Shown: positions 1-11,154 of the stretch, one piece after another
Layout of the letters: every line of letters starts with the position of its first letter
Numbering within the stretch: the first letter of the stretch is position 1
Assembly: GCA_000165345.1 (NCBI GenBank)
Contig: CM000429.1
Location: 576,001 to 640,000 of the forward strand
Reading direction: 5' to 3'
Length of the DNA: 64,000 bases
Translations under genes and position numbers: made by a program
The notes under the pieces: model-generated
The model's database searches: none
What the model was told of the DNA's origin: nothing
What the model saw: the letters and a program-made list of their open reading frames with translations, nothing else

Positions 1-1
1 G

Positions 2-2779
2 TTCAAAGATTTGATTTTATTTTTTGGCACTAAAGTTCCAACTTGTTCTGATATATTTGAGAGAGCTATCAAAATAAGGAAAAATCAAAAAATTGAGATT
101 CCATTTGATTTTATTGCTGATTTCCCAAACATGATGGTTTTCAAAGATACAAATTCCATAAATATAATGGAATTTGATTCGGTATTCTCTCAAAATAACT
201 CAGTAAGTATTATTGACATAATAAAAAATTTGATAGAAAACCCTAAAGCATTTTATTTAGATTACAATTTAATTAATTCCAGTCTTTGTATTGGATTTGA
301 GTGTATTAATTATCGTGGATCTTGCATTAATATAAATATTTTCAATATTATTAGCGTAATTAATATTTCAGGAGAGTCTCTGAGTTTTAGTTTTTGTAAT
401 CCATATAACAACAAGCTAGAATACGAATGTATTGTGGAAAATTTGAATCAAGAATTTATTGACAACGTTGACACTAAAATAGATTCAGTTCTGTTAATTA
501 ATGATCCAATGAAAATAACTCATCGATTTTATATCGAATTTAATAGAGTATCTCGAGCTGAAAATCATTGTTCAATTAAAGAAAATATCATCGAATTAAA
601 TGAAACAAGATCTCAAACAAATAGTAAGAATTACAGATTATCACTGATTAAAGACAAAATTAGCTTTATTATTATTATTTGGTGCCCATTAATAATAATA
701 AATTACTCAAACCTTGATTGCATTTTAAAGATTATTAATACAGAAAACCAAGAATACTATTTTCTGGAAGGAAAAATATCTAAAAGCAATTCATGGAATT
801 CAATAAAAAAAAGAAATTTAAGTAATAAAAGCATTTTTTCACTTTCCAACATTGATCAAAAAGATTTTATTGAGTTAGAAATACAGTCGGGATGTTATGT
901 TAGTACATTCTCACCATCAAGACAAAGAGAAAACGATATTTTAATAGAAGTAGAAGATTATAAGTATTTATTAAAAAGTAATTTTATTTTAAGTATACTA
1001 GAAAGACATTCAATTAAAATAAAGGTTGTAAAGCTAATGCCGATATGGTCCATTAGAAACAAATCTAACTTCAACATTAGAATTACATATGGAAAGCATG
1101 TTAATATCCCTATTAAATCAAACTCTGGATATCTAGATAATACTTATTTAGTTCGTAATACACATTTTAATTATGACATACAAGAACAAATAAAGATAGT
1201 TTTTGATGAATTTGTTAATTTCTTTTTAATAAACCTAACAAAACATGAACCTTATGAAAGGCTAATTAATTTATATCGTAATGATAAAAATCCAAATAAG
1301 GAATGGAAATTAATTAAAATATCTTTTTACCCAATACAAAACGGCTCTGTTACAAAATTTAATACTGGAATTTATATAGAACTTAATGATTTTAACGAGA
1401 ACGAATCATCTAATTATTTTGTTTTCGAAAATAAGACAAGTTTTACGTATTTGCTGACACAAGCAAATGGCCTACTAGACTTTAATAGCATAGACATAAA
1501 TATTCATAGAAAAGAAAACTTAACACAAAAAATTTGGGAAAACACTTTAATTGAGAAGCTTTCAAAAGTTTCTTTATACGATAATAAAATATTTAATAGT
1601 AAATTTTCAATTTGTTTAGTTCCAGAACAGATTAATAATCAGCTCTTTTTTTGGGCAAAAGAGAGTATTCAAGATAATAGTCCAATTACTGTTAGTTTTT
1701 ATGATGAAACAAATAACTTAAAGGTTACATTAGAACAAATTCCTGCATATTTGTTCATTAATGGAGGAACAAAGCTAATTAGATTCAGTAATTATGATTC
1801 TAATGGAAAAAATAATATATACCAATTTTTATTAAGTATATTTAAGTTTGGGAATGAAGTTACACATATAGTTTTCCATACATCTTCATTTATTCAAACA
1901 CATTATACAATTATTCCTTCATTTTTTATTCAAAGACAAATTGAATACCAATTGGTAGCTAGAGAAGAAATTGCAAACAATTATTTTTTAAATATAAGAA
2001 AATTTGAGTTAATTTTATTTAATGACATTGATTCAGATAAAGTATTAAAAGTAAAATGGACTTCAACTCCAACCAATTCGCCTAAAGAATCTCAGAAAAA
2101 TTTGTCTCTTTTTCCATCACCAAGAAAAAATGAATTGATCGACTTTTCCCCAGTTTTTCATATCCTTTTTGAACGTCTTTCAGTAAATATTCAGGAAGGA
2201 GCAAAGAAACTTGAGTTATTCGACTCAGCATATAAGATTTATTCAAATTTAAATAAAGTTTGCTGTAAAATTTCAAATTATGAGTCCACAATATTCGAGG
2301 TAAATAATCATAGAAGTGAAATAAATCAAAACCAAGTTACAATAATTTTTGATTGCTTTAAATTTAAAAAACGAGTGAATAATAAACCAAAATTTTCTGA
2401 GAAATACCAAATAAAGGATTTAATGATTCAAATACCATTTATGGATTTTAATCTAAACTTGAATATTTACTTCCGTAATTTTTTACATAATTTTGTTACT
2501 GAAAATCAATCAAACCTAAATAATGCATGCAAACCAACAAATAGTGAATACATTTTGATTATCGACATCTTTCCCTATGAACTGTGCATCAATGAATTAT
2601 TTATCAATAAAAAATTGAGAATCGTGAATTGCAAGCACTCCATTAACTCTCCCAAAAGAATCGCGATTAACGAATTTAACTCAATAATTAACTTATCAAA
2701 ACATCTTCTAAAGAATACAACTTATAATATTGTAAAAACCTTATTAAATAAAAGTCTAAATCCTCTAATATATTTTTAG
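2..2779 (+). CDS. Hypothetical large Asn/Ile/Lys-rich protein, 5'-partial (frame open to the window edge; the track ORF at 11 starts on an alternative TTG)
   Basis: Uninterrupted ORF of about 2.77 kb with codon usage like neighbouring genes; no recognisable domain; low-complexity N/K/I-rich sequence. Confidence 0.45.
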   Translation, partial: FKDLILFFGTKVPTCSDIFERAIKIRKNQKIEIPFDFIADFPNMMVFKDTNSINIMEFDSVFSQNNSVSIIDIIKNLIENPKAFYLDYNLINSSLCIGFECINYRGSCININIFNIISVINISGESLSFSFCNPYNNKLEYECIVENLNQEFIDNVDTKIDSVLLINDPMKITHRFYIEFNRVSRAENHCSIKENIIELNETRSQTNSKNYRLSLIKDKISFIIIIWCPLIIINYSNLDCILKIINTENQEYYFLEGKISKSNSWNSIKKRNLSNKSIFSLSNIDQKDFIELEIQSGCYVSTFSPSRQRENDILIEVEDYKYLLKSNFILSILERHSIKIKVVKLMPIWSIRNKSNFNIRITYGKHVNIPIKSNSGYLDNTYLVRNTHFNYDIQEQIKIVFDEFVNFFLINLTKHEPYERLINLYRNDKNPNKEWKLIKISFYPIQNGSVTKFNTGIYIELNDFNENESSNYFVFENKTSFTYLLTQANGLLDFNSIDINIHRKENLTQKIWENTLIEKLSKVSLYDNKIFNSKFSICLVPEQINNQLFFWAKESIQDNSPITVSFYDETNNLKVTLEQIPAYLFINGGTKLIRFSNYDSNGKNNIYQFLLSIFKFGNEVTHIVFHTSSFIQTHYTIIPSFFIQRQIEYQLVAREEIANNYFLNIRKFELILFNDIDSDKVLKVKWTSTPTNSPKESQKNLSLFPSPRKNELIDFSPVFHILFERLSVNIQEGAKKLELFDSAYKIYSNLNKVCCKISNYESTIFEVNNHRSEINQNQVTIIFDCFKFKKRVNNKPKFSEKYQIKDLMIQIPFMDFNLNLNIYFRNFLHNFVTENQSNLNNACKPTNSEYILIIDIFPYELCINELFINKKLRIVNCKHSINSPKRIAINEFNSIINLSKHLLKNTTYNIVKTLLNKSLNPLIYF

Positions 2780-2844
2780 TAATATAAACTATATTTCTAG
2801 GATATTAACACATAATTGATATTTTAAATTTCTGACTTTGAGAA

Positions 2845-4266
2845 TTATATATACCAATATACAACGGCAACAATGCAGTAGCTGATAATTAGCAAAATAC
2901 CTTCAAACCAATTTGATTCACCATCCTGGACAATTCCAATTACAATAAGGTTTGTCAACAGTAAAATTATTGCAGAGACGGGCGTAAATGAAAGCGTCAT
3001 TGGCTTTCCTAATAACCAGCCAACAATGACACTGAACGGAACAACAAATAAAGCAATCTGAGTTGAGCTTCCAATAGCTACTCCAATTGTTAAATCAGTT
3101 TTGTTTTTTATTGCAACTGATACTGCAGTAATGTGTTCGGCAGCATTACCAACAAGTGGAAGTAAAATTACTCCAATAAAATTTTCGGAGAATCGCCATT
3201 CTGAAATGAATCCATTAATTGAATCGACAAGGCATTCACTGATTATAGATATGAGAATAGTACATAATAGTATCAGAACTGTTCCTATTTGCCATGAAAT
3301 AGTAGGTAATTCAAGGCAAACGTCGTATAATTGGTAATTATTAAAGTTTTGTGAAATAATAGGGTAATTCTTATAAATATTGTTATTATATATCTCAATG
3401 TTGGGAAGAGCGTTTGGATATTTAACTGAACTTATATTGTCAATCATATAAGAAGGGTAGCTTTTATCATTTGATGCAACACTTTCATCTCTGAATAGAT
3501 TGATATGCGTATATAATTGAAAGAACAAAAATAATACATAGGTAAATGAAAGTAAAATAGCGGTTAATCTTGATATCATTAAAATATTATGCTGAGGAAG
3601 GTCAAATTGGGCGACAATTGTGGGTATCGAGATTGCCATGCATGATAGCATGAGTAGGGATGTGGAAAACGATGCACCCTTTTCGTTAAATTTCTGGACA
3701 TGATGAAATATCCCACCTGCAAAGAATGACATTCCAAGTACAAGTAATAGGTTAGAAAGTATTGAGCCCAAAAGCGTTCCTTGTACAACCGTGATAAGAC
3801 CTGCTCTAATTCCCTGAACTGTTAAAATAGCTTCAACTGCATTCCCAAATGTTGCATTTAAAAGACCACCAACAACCTCACCTGTATGTAATGCTAATTC
3901 CTCTGTAAATATCCCAAGAAGATTTGCAAGGGGAATTAATGCAATGAAATTGAACCAAAACGTAGCTAGAGCACCCCATTCTAAATAATAACTTAAAACT
4001 CCAAAAGGAACAAATAAAAATAATATATTTAGTTTTGTAAAAAATATATCTAAAACAGCGATTGCATCAGATTTCCAAGTATAATTAGGTATTTTTGTCT
4101 CTTTGAATGAATTCTTACTTATACCTGTGTTCATTAAGTTCTTACATAAATCGTTTTTCTGACTAAAAATACCAACAATATAAGGTAAAGTTGTTCTTCG
4201 ACGTGAAAATGGATCTGACATTGTACGTCTTAAATAAGACGTAGCTCTCATACGTTGAAGAACCAT
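2845..4266 (-). CDS. Ca2+/H+ (cation/proton) exchanger, CaCA/CAX family
   Basis: ATG at 4266..4264; about 11 predicted TM helices; two alpha-repeat signatures GNAVEA..TVQ and GNAAEHITAV typical of CAX/VCX1 antiporters. Confidence 0.85.
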   Translation of the reverse strand: MVLQRMRATSYLRRTMSDPFSRRRTTLPYIVGIFSQKNDLCKNLMNTGISKNSFKETKIPNYTWKSDAIAVLDIFFTKLNILFLFVPFGVLSYYLEWGALATFWFNFIALIPLANLLGIFTEELALHTGEVVGGLLNATFGNAVEAILTVQGIRAGLITVVQGTLLGSILSNLLLVLGMSFFAGGIFHHVQKFNEKGASFSTSLLMLSCMAISIPTIVAQFDLPQHNILMISRLTAILLSFTYVLFLFFQLYTHINLFRDESVASNDKSYPSYMIDNISSVKYPNALPNIEIYNNNIYKNYPIISQNFNNYQLYDVCLELPTISWQIGTVLILLCTILISIISECLVDSINGFISEWRFSENFIGVILLPLVGNAAEHITAVSVAIKNKTDLTIGVAIGSSTQIALFVVPFSVIVGWLLGKPMTLSFTPVSAIILLLTNLIVIGIVQDGESNWFEGILLIISYCIVAVVYWYI

Positions 4267-4927
4267 TCTTAAAAAGGTATGCTTTTCATACGAAATATTA
4301 AAAGATTAACAGTTGTTGAATAAGATTATCGCTACAAAATGCGCTGTGAAATATGTTAGGGACAAATTAGTTATAATCGTTCTTCATTTAAAAAATAATA
4401 CATGTATATAGTGATTCTTTGAAATAAATGGTATATTTTTAGGTAAAGTCAAATTCCAAATTTGTTAATTTGACACCTGTTTATTATTATTATTTTTTTT
4501 GAACAATTGCCACTAAAGTTAATACGTAATTTTTAGATACCGCCTGAAAAGGTGCATTGTAGTTAAATCCAAATTATAGTTACTGCATATGAGCCGCCAA
4601 AATTTATTTTGCAAACGTCCGATTAATTTTCTTTTTATACAAAATATAATAAGCAACGACACAATGAGAATATTAGAATAGATTAAAATGTATTATGTAG
4701 TAGTGTATTTCATTTAATTTGTTTTTTGCTAATGTGCTGAGCAAAAAGTTTTTTTTCGACACTGTAATTTTGCAATATCTATCTGGAGAATTACATCCAA
4801 ATCATGGCGGCAATTGTGGGGATTAAGGAGTTGAGTTCAAACTACATGAAACAGATAGGAAAATGCAGAGACTTTAATGCTGTTTTAAAAAGATCTCTTC
4901 ATAATTTTAATTTCACTACGAACAATA

Positions 4928-6203
4928 ATGAAACGAGGTTTTTTAAAAAATCTCGTAAATAAACGAAGTTATGAACAGAAAAAAAATGAGACATTGAAGG
5001 TAAGGATATGATTTATGCATTGTATAACTCTAGATTGATTCTTAGGTTGAAATAGATGATTTTGAGTTATTTGAATTAATAGGTACAGGAAACTTTACTC
5101 AAGTTTTTCGTGCCTTTGATATAGTCAATAAAACATACGTTGCAATTAAAGTTGCTAACAAGTCACAATTAAGAGCATTGAAAAAAGAAGGTGAAATATT
5201 AAATGAAAAGAAAATATGTACTAAACTAAATAATTCCCGTTCAAGGAATGTAATTAAACTATTAAATTCATTTGCAAATGAAGAAAATGTTTATTTGGTA
5301 TATGAACTTTGTACAGATGGAGAGTTATGGCAAAAAATCCTCCCTATTGGAATAAAACCATTGAGACAAGCAGTTTACTATTTAGCTCAATTATTGATTG
5401 CAATAGAGGATATACACAATTTGAACATAGTTCATCGTGATATTAAAGCAGAAAACTGTTTGCTAATGAAAAATGGACAGCTTAAGTTGGCAGATTTTGG
5501 ATCATCAATTCATTTAGACGATGTTGTTTGCAACTCCCAAAATTGTGGTTCTTCGTGTGAATGCAGATTCACTATAAACAGAGGTAGAAGAGAATTTAAA
5601 TATTTTGTTGGGACGCCGCAGTTCATGGCACCTGAAACTATACGAAATAAGCCACCAACAAAAGCAGTTGATCTATGGAGTTTTGGTTGTACTGTATTCC
5701 AAGTGATTTGCGGATACCCTCCATTTAATGCTCCTAGTGAATTTCTTGTTTTTTGCAGAGTTTTTCAAAATGGATTGAGGTTTCCTCCAGATTTTCCCAA
5801 AGATGCAAAGCTATTAGTAGAGTCTTTACTCAAACAAGAACCTTCTGAAAGAGCGACAATTGAAGAGGTAAAGAAATCCAAATTTTTTGAAGATGTTAAT
5901 TTTAGAGAATTAATAAGTGAAAAAGAATATCTTAATTTTCCACCTTCATTGAAAGATTTATGCCTAATTCAGGTCGCAAAATCATATGAAAAGTATAAAA
6001 CGGAAGATCTAGAAAAGCTAAATGCTTTAGATGATTCAGACACAATTCTGGGAAGATTAAGATTCGAAGCTGAGAGAAAGGAATATGAAGGCCCGCGCGA
6101 TACATGGCAAAGCGAATTTTGCGACCAAATTTTCAATGAGAATATTTCAGGAAACACAAATAATTGCACTTCATCTTCTTCATCTGAAAGCAATAGTGAG
6201 TAA
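4928..6203 (+). CDS. PDK1-like AGC Ser/Thr protein kinase; join(4928..4999,5046..6203), one 46-nt intron GTAAGG...TTCTTAG
   Basis: Exon 2 encodes the Gly-loop GTGNFTQV, VAIK, HRDIKAEN, DFG and GTPQFMAPE; the C-lobe closely follows PDK1 (DLW..GC..YQ..G.PPF..EYL.F..I). The frame is closed by TAG at 5043 just after an acceptor; an upstream 24-codon ATG exon ends ...TTG AAG|GTAAGG in phase. Confidence 0.75.
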
Positions 6204-6311
6204 TGTAAAATTAACTAGAACATAACTAGGCGCCTTTTAAGGACTCTGACTCTTATTTAAGGTTTTTTTTCATTAAAACTATGGCGGTTCGCACTCGCGC
6301 CGGGATTAAAA

Positions 6312-6384
6312 TAGGAAGAACGGGAATCGAACCCGTGACCTCTTGCGTGTGAGGCAAGCGTCATAACCCCTAGACCATCCTCCT
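6312..6384 (-). tRNA. tRNA-Val (anticodon CAC)
   Basis: 73-nt cloverleaf on the minus strand: acceptor AGGAGGA/TCTTCCT (one G.U pair), D-loop AGGGGTTA, anticodon stem CTTGC/GCAAG with loop CTCACAC, T-arm ACGGG-TTCGATT-CCCGT, discriminator A, followed by a T-run (Pol III terminator). Confidence 0.85.
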
Positions 6385-6438
6385 GCACCAAGGGGTGCGC
6401 TTGCTAATAAAGCTATTTAAAGCAAAAGGCATAACATA

Positions 6439-6729
6439 TCATTTGTTGGTGCTTTGTAGAATGTTGGCATTAGATTGAAATTTAAATTCTCTTCTACACA
6501 TTGGGCACATTCCAGAATCATTTCTTGCACGTGAAAGCCACTCATGTATACAGTGAAGGTGGAAAGAGTGACCACATTCACCAAATGCTGGCGGACATGA
6601 ATCTCCAGGCTTAAAGCATTGAGGGCATGTTAATTCAAAAGATTCACTGCAAATACTGCAAAGGTCATCACCACACAGCCAATTCCAATACCCTATCATT
6701 CTTAGCTTATTGATTTTGATTCTGGCCAT
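6439..6729 (-). CDS. APC11: Anaphase-promoting complex subunit 11 (RING-H2 finger)
   Basis: 95 aa; CSIC...CPQC..PGDSCP..FGECGHSFHLHCIHEWL...CPMCRREFKF closely matches APC11 and is less like RBX1. Confidence 0.8.
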   Translation of the reverse strand: MARIKINKLRMIGYWNWLCGDDLCSICSESFELTCPQCFKPGDSCPPAFGECGHSFHLHCIHEWLSRARNDSGMCPMCRREFKFQSNANILQSTNK

Positions 6730-7077
6730 TTCAGTTTCAATTGAGGGAGTTAACTCGTAATATTTGCAAATATAAGATCGTGATATTGTAAACTATTGGT
6801 AGGTAATTCCATAAAAACACAAATATAAGTAAATTAATTTATTTTTGGCTTAAATCTCTTTGATGATTAAATTTTTAGGCAGTACATTATTCCCTAATTA
6901 GTTTCAAAGCGTTATTAGTACTTGCTTTTTTAGGTTACCGCTTCTGCAAAGATCCTAAAATTTTAAGCGGTAGTTGTAAAACTTGAAATAACATAAATTT
7001 TGACTTGTAGGAAGTAGCAGCTTTTAACTATTTGACAGTATGAATTCTATTTTCTTTAAAGTGCATTTAGTTTGAAA

Positions 7078-9675
7078 ATGAGAAATTTAGATCGAGAAAG
7101 AGAACTTAGACGACGCCAGTACCTGGCAGATCGAGAGAAACGTCAATTAGAGTTAGCTGAGAGAGTATTAAAGAGTAAAGAACTACTTTATGCTTCAATT
7201 GGAAAGGAAGTCAATGAAAAAAAAAAGAATGAATTGACTGCAGAGCAAAAAATATTAGCTGAGGCTGGTAAGATGGTTGAGGAGAGAGATACTGATGGCT
7301 CACTATTTGAAACATATATTATGCCGGAAAGTTATGATGAAGATTTACAAAAAAGACTTAGTACAGCAATAATTAAACCTCAAGATAGGTTAGATAAACG
7401 CAGAAAATTTAATAAGTCAGACCACGATATATGGGAGTCAAACCAAGCGAGATCTGGTGATATTTCTTTAGTTGAAAATAACAGACTGTCAACTAGGAAG
7501 GTAATTGACCAAGAGAAAAATTCCAAATCATTAATTCTTTCAGACGGATCTCTGATTGATTTTGAATTACTAGAAACAACAAGCACAGAAGTTAGCAGCG
7601 AATTTTCATCAAGAAACAAAATTATAGAAAGCCAGGACATTGAATTGATTAATGATGTTAGAAACTCTCTACCTGTTGTGAAATTTAAGGAGCAGATAAT
7701 AAAATCTCTGGAAGAACATCCAATATTGATAGTTGTCGGAGAAACTGGTTCCGGAAAAACAACTCAAATACCTCAATACTTATTTGAAGCTGGGTATTAC
7801 AAAAACGGAATAATTGCATGCACTCAACCAAGAAGAGTGGCGGCAATGAGCGTGGCTGCAAGGGTAGCTAAAGAGATGGGTTCTAGACTTGGAGGTTTGG
7901 TTGGATATTCAATAAGGTTTGAGGATTGTACAAGCGAAGAAACTGTTGTCAAATATATGACGGATGGCATTTTATTAAGGGAGTTTCTTTCAGAGCCTGA
8001 TTTAAAAAATTATTCGTGCATATTAATTGATGAAGCACATGAAAGAAGTCTCCACACGGATATTTTGTTTGGACTTGTAAAAGATGTTTCCAGATTCAGA
8101 AATTCAGATATTTATCTTGAAAACGATATTGGAAAGAATGGCAAGATAGAAGGCTGCGCCAATTATAATAAAAATCCCTTTAAATTGATTATATCATCTG
8201 CAACATTGGAAGCAAACAAGTTTAGTGAATACTTTGATAATGCACCAATAATATACATACCAGGTAGACGATTTCCAGTTAACATTTATTATACGAAGTC
8301 CCCTGAAGCAAACTTTATTGACGGGACGGTCGTAACTGTTTTGCAAATTCACTTTTCCCAAATAAAAAGGTCTAATGAAAATATGAGCTCTAAAAAGATC
8401 ATTCCAGTTGGAGGTGATATTCTTTGTTTCTTACCTGGACAACAAGAAATTGAAGAAGCGCAGGCATTATTAGAAAGTAGACTAGTAAATAAAGATCCAA
8501 ATTTACCAGAGCTTATTATACTTCCTATATACTCTTCACTTCCATCTGAACAACAAGCAAAGATTTTTCAAACAACTCCGTACGGGTTTAGAAAGGTTGT
8601 ACTTGCTACAAATATTGCAGAGACAGCATTAACCGTTGATAACATAGGGTTTGTAGTTGATTGTGGATTTTGTAAACAAAATTCATATAACCCAAAGACA
8701 GGTCTAGAAAGTTTAATTACCGTTCCTTGTAGTCAAGCTGCTGCAAACCAAAGATCAGGAAGAGCAGGTAGAGTTCGTCCGGGGAAATGCTTTAGACTTT
8801 ACACTAAGTTAAGTTTTACTACGGAAATGGAAGTATCAAATGTTCCCGAGATTCAGAGATGCAATTTGGGGAACGCTGTTTTAGTAATTAAATCTCTTGG
8901 GATTGATGATTTACTACATTTTGATTTCATGGATCCACCACCTCCAGAAACATTAATTCGCGCATTGGAACTCTTGTATTCATTAGGTGCGCTTGATGAT
9001 AAAGGGGAGCTAACGAAAGTTGGGAGAACAATGGCTGAATTACCTATCGATCCTATGCATGGCAAAATGGTCTTAGCATCTCAAAAGTACAGCGTTGTAA
9101 ATGAAGCAACTACAATAGTATCTATGCTTTCTGTTGGAAATTCGATTTTCATTAGACCAAAAGAAAAAGCTAAGCAGGCAGATAGTATTAGAAAAGCTTT
9201 CACTGTACATGGAGGAGATCTTTTGACACTATTAAATGTATATAACCAATGGCAGAGCAATGATTTTTCTGGATATTGGTGTTATGATAATTTTCTTCAA
9301 GTAAAAAGCCTTAAAAAAGCTCGCGACATTAAAACTCAGATAGATTCGCTTTTAAGTGAAAAATTAGATATTCAGATTTCAAGTAACCCCAATGAGTTAG
9401 AATATATTAGAAAGGCAATCACAGCTGGATTCTTTTTACAATCAGCACGCATTAATAAAGGTGGGAACTATACTACAATCAAGTGGCGCCATATAGTTGA
9501 CATCCATCCTTCTTCAACATTGTTCAATTTAAAGCCGTCAGCAATTACATACACGGAGCTTGTACTTACTACAAAGGAATATATGAGAAATCTTACTGAA
9601 ATAAAGACGGATTGGCTACTTGAGGTTGCTCCTCATTATTATCATACTGATGATTTTAATTCAAAAAGCAGCTAA
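7078..9675 (+). CDS. DEAH-box pre-mRNA splicing ATP-dependent RNA helicase, Prp2/DHX16-like
   Basis: GETGSGKTTQ, DEAHER, SAT, FLPGQQEIE, TNIAETALT, QRSGRAGR motifs; C-terminal WLLEVAPHYY matches Prp2/DHX16; first in-frame ATG at 7078 (the track start at 7072 is TTG). Confidence 0.85.
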   Translation: MRNLDRERELRRRQYLADREKRQLELAERVLKSKELLYASIGKEVNEKKKNELTAEQKILAEAGKMVEERDTDGSLFETYIMPESYDEDLQKRLSTAIIKPQDRLDKRRKFNKSDHDIWESNQARSGDISLVENNRLSTRKVIDQEKNSKSLILSDGSLIDFELLETTSTEVSSEFSSRNKIIESQDIELINDVRNSLPVVKFKEQIIKSLEEHPILIVVGETGSGKTTQIPQYLFEAGYYKNGIIACTQPRRVAAMSVAARVAKEMGSRLGGLVGYSIRFEDCTSEETVVKYMTDGILLREFLSEPDLKNYSCILIDEAHERSLHTDILFGLVKDVSRFRNSDIYLENDIGKNGKIEGCANYNKNPFKLIISSATLEANKFSEYFDNAPIIYIPGRRFPVNIYYTKSPEANFIDGTVVTVLQIHFSQIKRSNENMSSKKIIPVGGDILCFLPGQQEIEEAQALLESRLVNKDPNLPELIILPIYSSLPSEQQAKIFQTTPYGFRKVVLATNIAETALTVDNIGFVVDCGFCKQNSYNPKTGLESLITVPCSQAAANQRSGRAGRVRPGKCFRLYTKLSFTTEMEVSNVPEIQRCNLGNAVLVIKSLGIDDLLHFDFMDPPPPETLIRALELLYSLGALDDKGELTKVGRTMAELPIDPMHGKMVLASQKYSVVNEATTIVSMLSVGNSIFIRPKEKAKQADSIRKAFTVHGGDLLTLLNVYNQWQSNDFSGYWCYDNFLQVKSLKKARDIKTQIDSLLSEKLDIQISSNPNELEYIRKAITAGFFLQSARINKGGNYTTIKWRHIVDIHPSSTLFNLKPSAITYTELVLTTKEYMRNLTEIKTDWLLEVAPHYYHTDDFNSKSS

Positions 9676-9791
9676 GTATTTAGCGCTAAAGTATATTTTA
9701 GTTTAAATTTTCTCTAAAGTGAAGTTGAAAATTTAATATTTCATTATTTAGCTCAAGCTTGCACTGTGCATTTATCTTGTCCGAATTTAAT

Positions 9792-10271
9792 ATGCCTCAA
9801 GAGACAGCTCTAATTTATCGCCCTTTGAAACTATCTGACATTTTCAAGATTAACAAAGTTAACTTGGACAGTTTTACAGAGACATACAACATGAATTATT
9901 ATGGAGATTATCTTTCAACCTGGCCTGAACTTTGTTTTGTATGCGAAGCACCAGACCATTCAATAGCGGGCTATCTTGTTTCCAAAGTTGAAGGAGAGGG
10001 CGATCAATGGCATGGCCATGTAACTGCCCTTTCTGTTTCTCAACAATATAGAAATTCGGGTGTTGCAACTAAACTTATGAAATTCTTAGAAGACATAAGC
10101 ACACAGTTGAATTGTCATTTTATTGACTTGTTTGTGAGGCCTTCTAATGAGAAAGCAGTCAAATTTTACAAGCAACTCGGATACTATGTACACCAAACAA
10201 TTCCCTCATATTATACTGATGAAGATGGGTATGACATGAGAAAACTGATTTGCAATAAAAATCTGGAGTAA
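9792..10271 (+). CDS. NAA20: N-alpha-acetyltransferase 20 (NatB catalytic subunit)
   Basis: 159 aa from the first ATG; near-colinear with NAA20/Nat3: FNxINLDxxTETY, WPE, WHGHVTALSV, FIDLFVRPSN..AVKFYKQLGY, EDGYDMRK. Confidence 0.85.
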   Translation: MPQETALIYRPLKLSDIFKINKVNLDSFTETYNMNYYGDYLSTWPELCFVCEAPDHSIAGYLVSKVEGEGDQWHGHVTALSVSQQYRNSGVATKLMKFLEDISTQLNCHFIDLFVRPSNEKAVKFYKQLGYYVHQTIPSYYTDEDGYDMRKLICNKNLE

Positions 10272-10484
10272 AAGATTGCGATAATAGTGCAAAGAAATGA
10301 CATTAAAGCACACCTTTGATTTAATGAATAAGAAATGTCATTTTATGGCCTAACAGTTTCACTATAAACAAGTCCTCTTTTGATAAACATATTTTTAATG
10401 GTGTGAATCCAAGACATGACGCATGCATTTCATATAGAATAGGCAATTATTTGCAGAAATTGGAAATTAATGAATAATTAGAAA

Positions 10485-11099
10485 ATGGAATCATCAAGTA
10501 TATATGAGATAATTGACAAATTGGAGTAAGTGAGGAAATTGGTTAATTACTTTATTATAATAACTTTACCAGAAACAATGACACGTATTGGGGTTATGAT
10601 GATTTATTTGAGAACTCAGAAGTTCCCACTCCCGAAAGAATTACAAACAAATCAAAACTTTGTGCAATAAATTATTTAGATCCAGAAAAGAATTCCGTAA
10701 GTTCGATAACAAGTGGAGTTTGGACATAAGTAACCTTTGTTGTAGAAAATTGTAGCAAAATCCTCAGTTTTGTTTCGAAAAATTCAAGCAAATGAAAAAA
10801 GAATAAATAGTATGTTAGAGAGTATTGGAACAGATATTAAACATTTCCATATGCTTGCAAAGCAAAGGCAGTTCACAAATAAACCACAAGGTAGGAAGCA
10901 ATTATTTTATACCCCTGAAAAACAATATTCTACTCCTGATTTGTGGCTCACAAAGTCGAACAGTATTTATAATTCGTATTCTTCAAATGCCAAAGAGATT
11001 GTTGAGAATACTTTGGATTACTACCCTAATATAGGTCGTGAATGGTATATTAAGCGATGGAATGATATAAAGTCGATAAAGTTCCAAAAAGGAAATTAA
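10485..11099 (+). CDS. Hypothetical protein (about 172 aa), 3 exons: join(10485..10525,10573..10696,10746..11099)
   Basis: Introns GTAAGT...TTTACCAG (47 nt) and GTAAGT...TTGTTGTAG (49 nt) join three open frames in phase into the track ORF at 10770; no recognisable domain. Confidence 0.5.
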
Positions 11100-11154
11100 G
11101 GTATTTTAAAGCTATTAAGTAGTCTGTTAGTATTTGATCAATTTTATTAAACTA

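Noticed and set aside
2082-2291. Many 60-110-aa ORFs antisense to or nested within large genes (e.g. 2082..2291, 3101..3337, 5969..6193, 7380..7640, 8853..9065, 9874..10068, 11876..12100, 14910..15239, 19175..19438, 20410..20655, 29427..29690, 41094..41315, 55121..55432)
   Set aside because: Each overlaps a well-supported longer gene on the other strand or in another frame, has no homology and shows AT-rich low-complexity composition. They are expected by chance in a six-frame scan.
4481-4500. (TTATT)n / T9 and other A/T homopolymer runs in intergenic DNA (e.g. 4481-4500, 38341-38460)
   Set aside because: This is ordinary low-complexity sequence for an AT-rich genome and not a distinct repeat family.
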